The position numbers and the translations under genes are program-made. A stretch of DNA of 56,822 nt from a virus, in UHGV virus genome UHGV-0014949; one strand, given 5' to 3'. Shown here piece by piece: positions 52,142-56,822 of this stretch (position 1 is the first letter of the stretch; every line of letters starts with the position of its first letter). Below the pieces are notes generated by a model. The model saw nothing but the letters and a program-made list of their open reading frames with translations, made no database searches and was not told the origin of the DNA.

Positions 52142-52687
52142 TTATAGATCCTCAATATTTACAGAGATTCGCTTTTGGTCCTTTCGGGCATCACAAGCCG
52201 TATTGAGTTCAGCATCTTCGCTCATTTGAGCTTTGATCTCATTCAGGCAGTGTTCATCCATACTTAAAACTTCACCACTTTTCAAAGTTAATTCAAAACT
52301 AACTTTCGCAAATTTAAAGATTTCTTGATCAAAGGAATCAAAATTGCTGATCATTCTGGCTTTTTGGATCTGCATTTCGGCAATCAAATTTTCTATATTT
52401 GATAAGGTTGCACCTTCTGGTACTTTTCGATTTTGGTAGGCTTCATCGGGTAGGGTAACGTAATCATATTTTTTGTTATCCATAACAGCCAGTAAATGAT
52501 TATCTTGGCATGTGTAATAGTGTTCGGATAACTCAGATATTAACTTGCCTTCCAAGTCGTATGATTGCTGATACACATTGCGAAATAGCTTTGGCCCAAT
52601 ATGGTCACAGCCAGCTTCGCAAACCCATTCTTGATGATCTTCTAATTCTGGTAGCTGGCGGATTGGTTTAATTTGATTGATGTTCAT
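52142..52687 (-). CDS. hypothetical protein (181 aa) with Cys cluster (CEAGCDH)
   Basis: ORF track. Second gene of the MTase operon. Confidence 0.45.
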   Translation of the reverse strand: MNINQIKPIRQLPELEDHQEWVCEAGCDHIGPKLFRNVYQQSYDLEGKLISELSEHYYTCQDNHLLAVMDNKKYDYVTLPDEAYQNRKVPEGATLSNIENLIAEMQIQKARMISNFDSFDQEIFKFAKVSFELTLKSGEVLSMDEHCLNEIKAQMSEDAELNTACDARKDQKRISVNIEDL

Positions 52688-52761
52688 AGTGTGTGACTTC
52701 CCCCTTTAGGGATTAAAATGTATTCGCTGTTTACTTCTGTGTGTGCAATACCAGCTCGGAG

Positions 52762-54210
52762 TTATGCTGCACCACTATACTGAAGTTCATGTTTGAAATT
52801 CGCCTCAACCAAAGCTTTAGAAAGATCAGGCGGTACGGAGTTCCCAACCATACGAGTTTGTTCAGTTTTGGTTAGTGTGATTCGTTGATCTTTTTCATCA
52901 ATACCGTGTGTAAAAATGTATGTTTCTGGAAAGCCTTGCGCTTTAAAAAGCTCAACCGGTTGAAGCATTCGGAAACCAATGTCTACAATCTCGTAATCTT
53001 GCTGCCCGATTGTCACAAGCCCAAAACGGTCACGTGTTGGAATGGTTCTTAATGGCTCATCGACTGAATTACCATCTTTTTCATTGCCATAAAATGCTGT
53101 AAGAAATGCACGAACTTCTGCAAACTGATTTACGGTTGTGAGTGTATGCATGGGATCACTAACATCCTGTCCAGTACAGCCGTTTTTCATTTTGGATAAA
53201 TGGCTAACTACAAGCGAATTATGATCTTTGGCTGTAATCGTATGAACTGGTTCTTTTATAGAACTACCAATAACACCTGTGTAGTTTTTTGCTAGAAATG
53301 CAGAAATCAGTGCGTGATGTCCACCTTTTGTTTGAGCACAGATAGTTCTTAAAGGCTCATCAATTGGCATTGAGCGCTTATTTGATGCGTTGGCGCATTC
53401 TGTTAACACTGGTGCGATACCATTCACAATAAATGGCTTTTGATTATTGAAAACAAATTTCTTTAATCCACCTGCAATACGTTCAAGTGTGGCTGTGGCC
53501 AATGGACGTTTACGTGTAAAGATACTCGGGCAATCAAGAGACCAATCAATACATTCCGCTGCTGTGCGCCAAGGTTTTAAATTACCTTTTTGCACTTGGA
53601 CGGAATCAGGATGTGCATGTGTAGGTTTAGGCCACCTGATCTCTAACCCATCTCGACGTGCAATTAGAAAGAAACGCTTACGGATCGTTGGTGATCCATA
53701 ATCACATGCACGCAATTCACGATAATCAACCACATAACCTTGACGTTTAAGCGCATTCACAAACGAATTGAAAGTTCGTCCTTTCTGTTTTGGACAAGGC
53801 TTACCATTTGCAGCTAAATCACCCCATGTTTTAAATTCTTCTACATTCTCCAGCATGATTACTCGAGGGCGAACTTTTGCTGCCCACCGCAAAGCAACCC
53901 AAGCCAAGCCACGAATTTTCTTTTCTACTGGTTTACTGCCTTTTGCTTTAGAAAAATGCTTGCAATCAGGTGATAACCAAACAAGCCCTACTGGTTGATT
54001 TCCAGTGACTTCAATTGGATCTATATCCCACACACTTTCACAATAATGCTTAGTGTCTGGATGGTTAATACGATGCATTGCTAGAGCTTTGGCATCATGA
54101 TTTATTGCTACATCAACTGGACGACCAAATGCTTGCTCAAGACCTGTACTTGTACCGCCGCCGCCAGCAAAGTTGTCTATGATTAATTCGTGGGGTAGTA
54201 AGTTCATCAT
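52762..54210 (-). CDS. DNA (cytosine-5)-methyltransferase
   Basis: Motif I DNFAGGGG, motif IV SPDCKHFSKA (PC), motif VI ENV, motif IX/X QGFPETYIF and GNSVPP all present in order. 482 aa. Confidence 0.85.
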   Translation of the reverse strand: MMNLLPHELIIDNFAGGGGTSTGLEQAFGRPVDVAINHDAKALAMHRINHPDTKHYCESVWDIDPIEVTGNQPVGLVWLSPDCKHFSKAKGSKPVEKKIRGLAWVALRWAAKVRPRVIMLENVEEFKTWGDLAANGKPCPKQKGRTFNSFVNALKRQGYVVDYRELRACDYGSPTIRKRFFLIARRDGLEIRWPKPTHAHPDSVQVQKGNLKPWRTAAECIDWSLDCPSIFTRKRPLATATLERIAGGLKKFVFNNQKPFIVNGIAPVLTECANASNKRSMPIDEPLRTICAQTKGGHHALISAFLAKNYTGVIGSSIKEPVHTITAKDHNSLVVSHLSKMKNGCTGQDVSDPMHTLTTVNQFAEVRAFLTAFYGNEKDGNSVDEPLRTIPTRDRFGLVTIGQQDYEIVDIGFRMLQPVELFKAQGFPETYIFTHGIDEKDQRITLTKTEQTRMVGNSVPPDLSKALVEANFKHELQYSGAA

Positions 54211-54262
54211 ATAGATAGATCCTTTTATGTGTGTGGAGTTTTAGAAGTAATTGCCGTCACTT

Positions 54263-54292
54263 CGCCATATAGACGACATAAATATAATTTGT
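54263..54292. promoter_or_regulatory. inverted pair of iteron half-sites (GACGACA-N12-TGTCGTC)
   Basis: tatagacgacataaatataatttgtcgtcaatt. Uses the iteron core AGACGACA in inverted orientation, about 50 nt upstream of the MTase start codon. Confidence 0.4.
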
Positions 54293-54322
54293 CGTCAATT
54301 ATAAATCAAGTTACTAGATAAG

Positions 54323-54352
54323 AAAAAAGCCAGATAAACAAATTATCTGGCC
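54323..54352 (-). terminator. terminator upstream of MTase promoter (insulates from ori region)
   Basis: GCCAGATA-aacaaat-TATCTGGC. T-run on the minus strand. Confidence 0.5.
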
Positions 54353-54791
54353 TTTCCCACTTTCGCTTTAGGATTCACTTAATCATTTATGACCAAATTA
54401 ACCATCATTTCCCAATGACAGAGCTAATATAAATCATTTATCTAAATAATAAAAGCTGTTTATAAAATAAGTAATATACTCTAAGTGTTGTGTTTATTGA
54501 CTTCTGACACCAATAGACGACATTTGCCTGACAAATAGGCTATTTAAAATATAAGTCATTAATAAGATTATATAAATATTTTTTGCCTAAGTTGAATAAA
54601 ACTTATTTTAAAAATAAGTTCCATTAATTAAATTACCGGGAATATTGGCTAAGTAATCATCTAAAAACAGTAAAAAATCTAAAATTTAACCAAAATAACC
54701 CATTATTTACTTATTAAAGAAGAACCTTATTTACTTATTCTATTAGTGACACGATTTTTCGGCCTGAAAGCCTTATGCTGTCTATATTTCA

Positions 54792-54945
54792 AAAAAGTAA
54801 TAAACGACAAATCCCTGACGCTTAGACGACAAATCCCTGACGCTTAGACGACAAATCCCTGACGCTAATAGACGACAAATCCCTGACGCTTAGACGACAA
54901 ATCCCTGACGCAAAATAAATAGACGACAAATCCCTGACACTAATA
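54792..54945. repeat. iteron array: six full and one partial direct 22-bp repeats AGACGACAAATCCCTGACGCTT (oriV)
   Basis: Direct repeats read in sequence with 0-7 nt spacers, 75 nt upstream of the Rep_3 gene. AT-rich region upstream. Confidence 0.8.
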
Positions 54946-55021
54946 GACGACAAACTTTTATCTTGACGTTTAATGTCGCGTATTATACCATTTTTGCATC
55001 TGAAAACTAAGAATTAAGAAA

Positions 55022-56281
55022 ATGACTGATCTTGTTATTTCTGAAACGGATATTGCGGTTAAGCAAGCAAACAGGCTGATTGAGTCCATTTATAAGATGG
55101 AGCTGAACGAACATAAATTACTTTTGTTGGCGACCAAGAAAGTTAATGAGATGGAATTGCGTAATCATCCATTTAACGAAAGGACAAAAATAACGATCAG
55201 CAGTTCTGAATTTGCCGACCAATATGCTATTACCAGACAAACGGCATTCGATATTATCGTGGATGCTAAAAAATCTATCTATGAGCGTGAGTTTGATTAT
55301 CTTCATGTGGAAGAAAATGGAACCGTGACCCCAATGAAAAGTCGTTGGTTTCAAGCCAGAGGGATGGATGCTGGTAAGGGTGAAATTTCTTTTATGTTCG
55401 CCAGTGCGGTTATTCCTTTAATTTATCTTGTGAAAAGTGAATACACTTTGTTGGATCTGCATGAGATTGGGCAACTAAATAGTAAATATGCAGTGCGTTT
55501 ATATAAGTATTTAATGCGCTGGGTAAATGCACCGTATAAAAACAAGATCTCGATAGAGCAGCTTAGGGTCATATTTGGGCTGGGTGAGGATGAATACCCT
55601 AGACTGTTTGACTTTAAGCGCCGTGTTCTTGATGTGGCCGTTAAAATGGTAAAGGCAAATACTGGTTTTAAGGATCTGACTGTCAAAAGCTACAAAACTG
55701 GCGTGAAGGTTACAGATTTTTCCTTTCATTACACCAGCTACAGCAACAAGCTAATCAAAAATGCTAGAAAGCAGGTGATTGATGGGGATTCTGCACACGG
55801 TCAGAACGGTGATGATTATGTGATTTATCAAATGACCATTGATCAAATTGAAACCTTCTCTAAAACTTTGGCGCTCAAGGCATCCAAGTCTGAGCCAGGT
55901 TATTCTGAGCTTGGTTCCTTGGTTGATGCTGGTCAAGATTGGTCGGTATTGGCTAAACGAATTTCAGAAGATTTCAGAAAGTGCGTATTTGAGCCGTATT
56001 TAGAGTATTTGAAGTTGGCAGGGTTCAAGCCTACCAAGCTGAATAAAACGCCGCTACCGGGGCAAACAGAAGAAAATACAGCTATTGATTCTGGTAATGA
56101 GGGCGAGGAGCCGGAAAAACCAAAAGACAATCCATTTAAATTACCTGATTCCCTATATGCCAGGTATGTTTCCAAGGGGGGTAAAATGACCAAGGATCAG
56201 ATCCTAGATATAGCAATGGCTGAGGATACGAAGCCGGTTAAGGTGATGCTTGATGATGGAATAAATGTACTGGCAATATAG
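55022..56281 (+). CDS. repA: Rep_3-family plasmid replication initiator
   Basis: SRWFQARGMD ... ISFMFASAVIPLIYL ... LDLHEIGQLNSKYAVRLYKYLMRW ... GEDEYPRLFDFKRRVLDVAVKMVKANTGFKDLTVKSYKTGVKVTDFSFHY parallels Acinetobacter-type Rep_3 initiators. Iterons immediately upstream. Confidence 0.8.
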   Translation: MTDLVISETDIAVKQANRLIESIYKMELNEHKLLLLATKKVNEMELRNHPFNERTKITISSSEFADQYAITRQTAFDIIVDAKKSIYEREFDYLHVEENGTVTPMKSRWFQARGMDAGKGEISFMFASAVIPLIYLVKSEYTLLDLHEIGQLNSKYAVRLYKYLMRWVNAPYKNKISIEQLRVIFGLGEDEYPRLFDFKRRVLDVAVKMVKANTGFKDLTVKSYKTGVKVTDFSFHYTSYSNKLIKNARKQVIDGDSAHGQNGDDYVIYQMTIDQIETFSKTLALKASKSEPGYSELGSLVDAGQDWSVLAKRISEDFRKCVFEPYLEYLKLAGFKPTKLNKTPLPGQTEENTAIDSGNEGEEPEKPKDNPFKLPDSLYARYVSKGGKMTKDQILDIAMAEDTKPVKVMLDDGINVLAI

Positions 56282-56292
56282 TAGTCAGTAAA

Positions 56293-56325
56293 GAAAAACC
56301 CGGCTTAATTGGCCGGGTTTTTTTA
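56293..56325. terminator. bidirectional terminator between repA and convergent 124 aa gene
   Basis: AAAAA-CCCGGC-ttaattg-GCCGGG-TTTTTTT. Confidence 0.75.
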
Positions 56326-56336
56326 TTCGAGGGATT

Positions 56337-56711
56337 TTACAGAAAAATGATTTTGATAATAGCAGCGCCAATAACCAGAAAGATCAGCATTAGTGCCTTA
56401 TCAATTTCCTTGGTAGATTCTATTTCCTGGGCATATTCCATATTTTTTTTAATTTCATATTGGCGCAAGGCTTCTGTAAGTAACAAGCTTTGCTCAAGTC
56501 GCATTTGCATCCATGCAATATCCGATTCCACTTCACGCCGGCGGTGCATTCTTTTCAGTTCGGCTGCTAACCTTAGTTGCTCATCATAGAGCTTCATGGT
56601 CTGATTAATTCGGTACTCAGTGTGAGTAAGGTATTCACCATCTACAGGTTCAACATCACTTTTAATTAGCTCATTCACAATCGCAACCCTGATCACCTTG
56701 TTTCTTGTCAC
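56337..56711 (-). CDS. hypothetical C-terminally membrane-anchored protein (124 aa)
   Basis: GTG start with AAGAGG ribosome-binding site. C-terminal LMLIFLVIGAAIIKIIFL. Confidence 0.45.
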   Translation of the reverse strand: MTRNKVIRVAIVNELIKSDVEPVDGEYLTHTEYRINQTMKLYDEQLRLAAELKRMHRRREVESDIAWMQMRLEQSLLLTEALRQYEIKKNMEYAQEIESTKEIDKALMLIFLVIGAAIIKIIFL

Positions 56712-56822
56712 CTCTTAAAAGTGTAATCCTATCCATCGTTTGAAAATAGATATTTTCAGGAACAAATACGCCGTGGTTAATTGCGTGTTCTAGGCCGCCT
56801 AGGAACTCATTAACCTGATATG

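Noticed and set aside
54792-54945. Direct repeats as a possible CRISPR array
   Set aside because: Repeats are contiguous 22-bp units with 0-7 nt gaps and no unique spacers of spacer length. They sit next to a Rep_3 gene, which is the classic iteron origin arrangement.

Overview
This window reads as a nearly complete temperate phage-plasmid-like replicon: a tailed phage with a P22-like gene order that also carries plasmid replication and partition functions. Acinetobacter-like Rep_3/iteron features suggest the host group; that attribution is inference, not tested.

Gene order:
- 336-3099 (minus): recombination/early operon with a Sak4-like RecA-family ATPase and a DEDDh 3'-5' exonuclease.
- 3605-4330 (minus): lambda cI-like repressor (HTH plus S24 peptidase). 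It faces a rightward early operon with a palindromic operator at 4440-4457.
- 4476-9260 (plus): early operon including a zinc CDA-fold (dCMP/cytidine deaminase-like) protein, a DUF559-like endonuclease-fold protein and a Q-like zinc-finger protein.
- 9300-12650: terminator-punctuated accessory (moron) region. It encodes a two-domain protein whose C-terminus is a DUF2829 (Thoeris anti-defence Tad2-like) domain.
- 12675-13873: lysis cassette with holin-like membrane proteins and a CHAP/NlpC-P60 endolysin.
- 13949-21565: TerS, TerL, portal, scaffold, major capsid and decoration genes.
- 21627-31437: small virion proteins, a 559 aa virion protein and a 1907 aa tail-fibre/host-specificity protein built from five paralogous modules.
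- 32647-32799: a 50 aa lipoprotein.
- 33314-47923: ejection/internal-virion proteins. One has a lytic transglycosylase (SLT) domain. The last is a 3836 aa polyvalent protein carrying an amino-methyltransferase, an HExxH zincin and a PARP-like ADP-ribosyltransferase signature.
- 48187-48608: tRNA-Arg(TCT) followed by about 300 nt of terminator-ended non-coding sequence.
- 48684-56711: plasmid-like module with ParA plus a small partner, an AT-rich repeat region, a minimal 193 aa tyrosine recombinase, a 482 aa cytosine-5 DNA methyltransferase operon with two unknown genes, an AT-rich origin with 6.5 iterons of 22 bp, and a Rep_3 initiator.

Most notable non-coding signal: a conserved box (AATAAGAAACAC ... 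TTGGCAACCGCAACAGACA) occurs twice. Each copy runs into a 7-bp-stem hairpin that occludes the ribosome-binding site or start codon of a virion gene.

All functional calls come from motif reading and memory of protein families. No searches were run. Some printed lines count one base off the ORF track, so coordinates for non-ORF features may be off by 1-2 nt.
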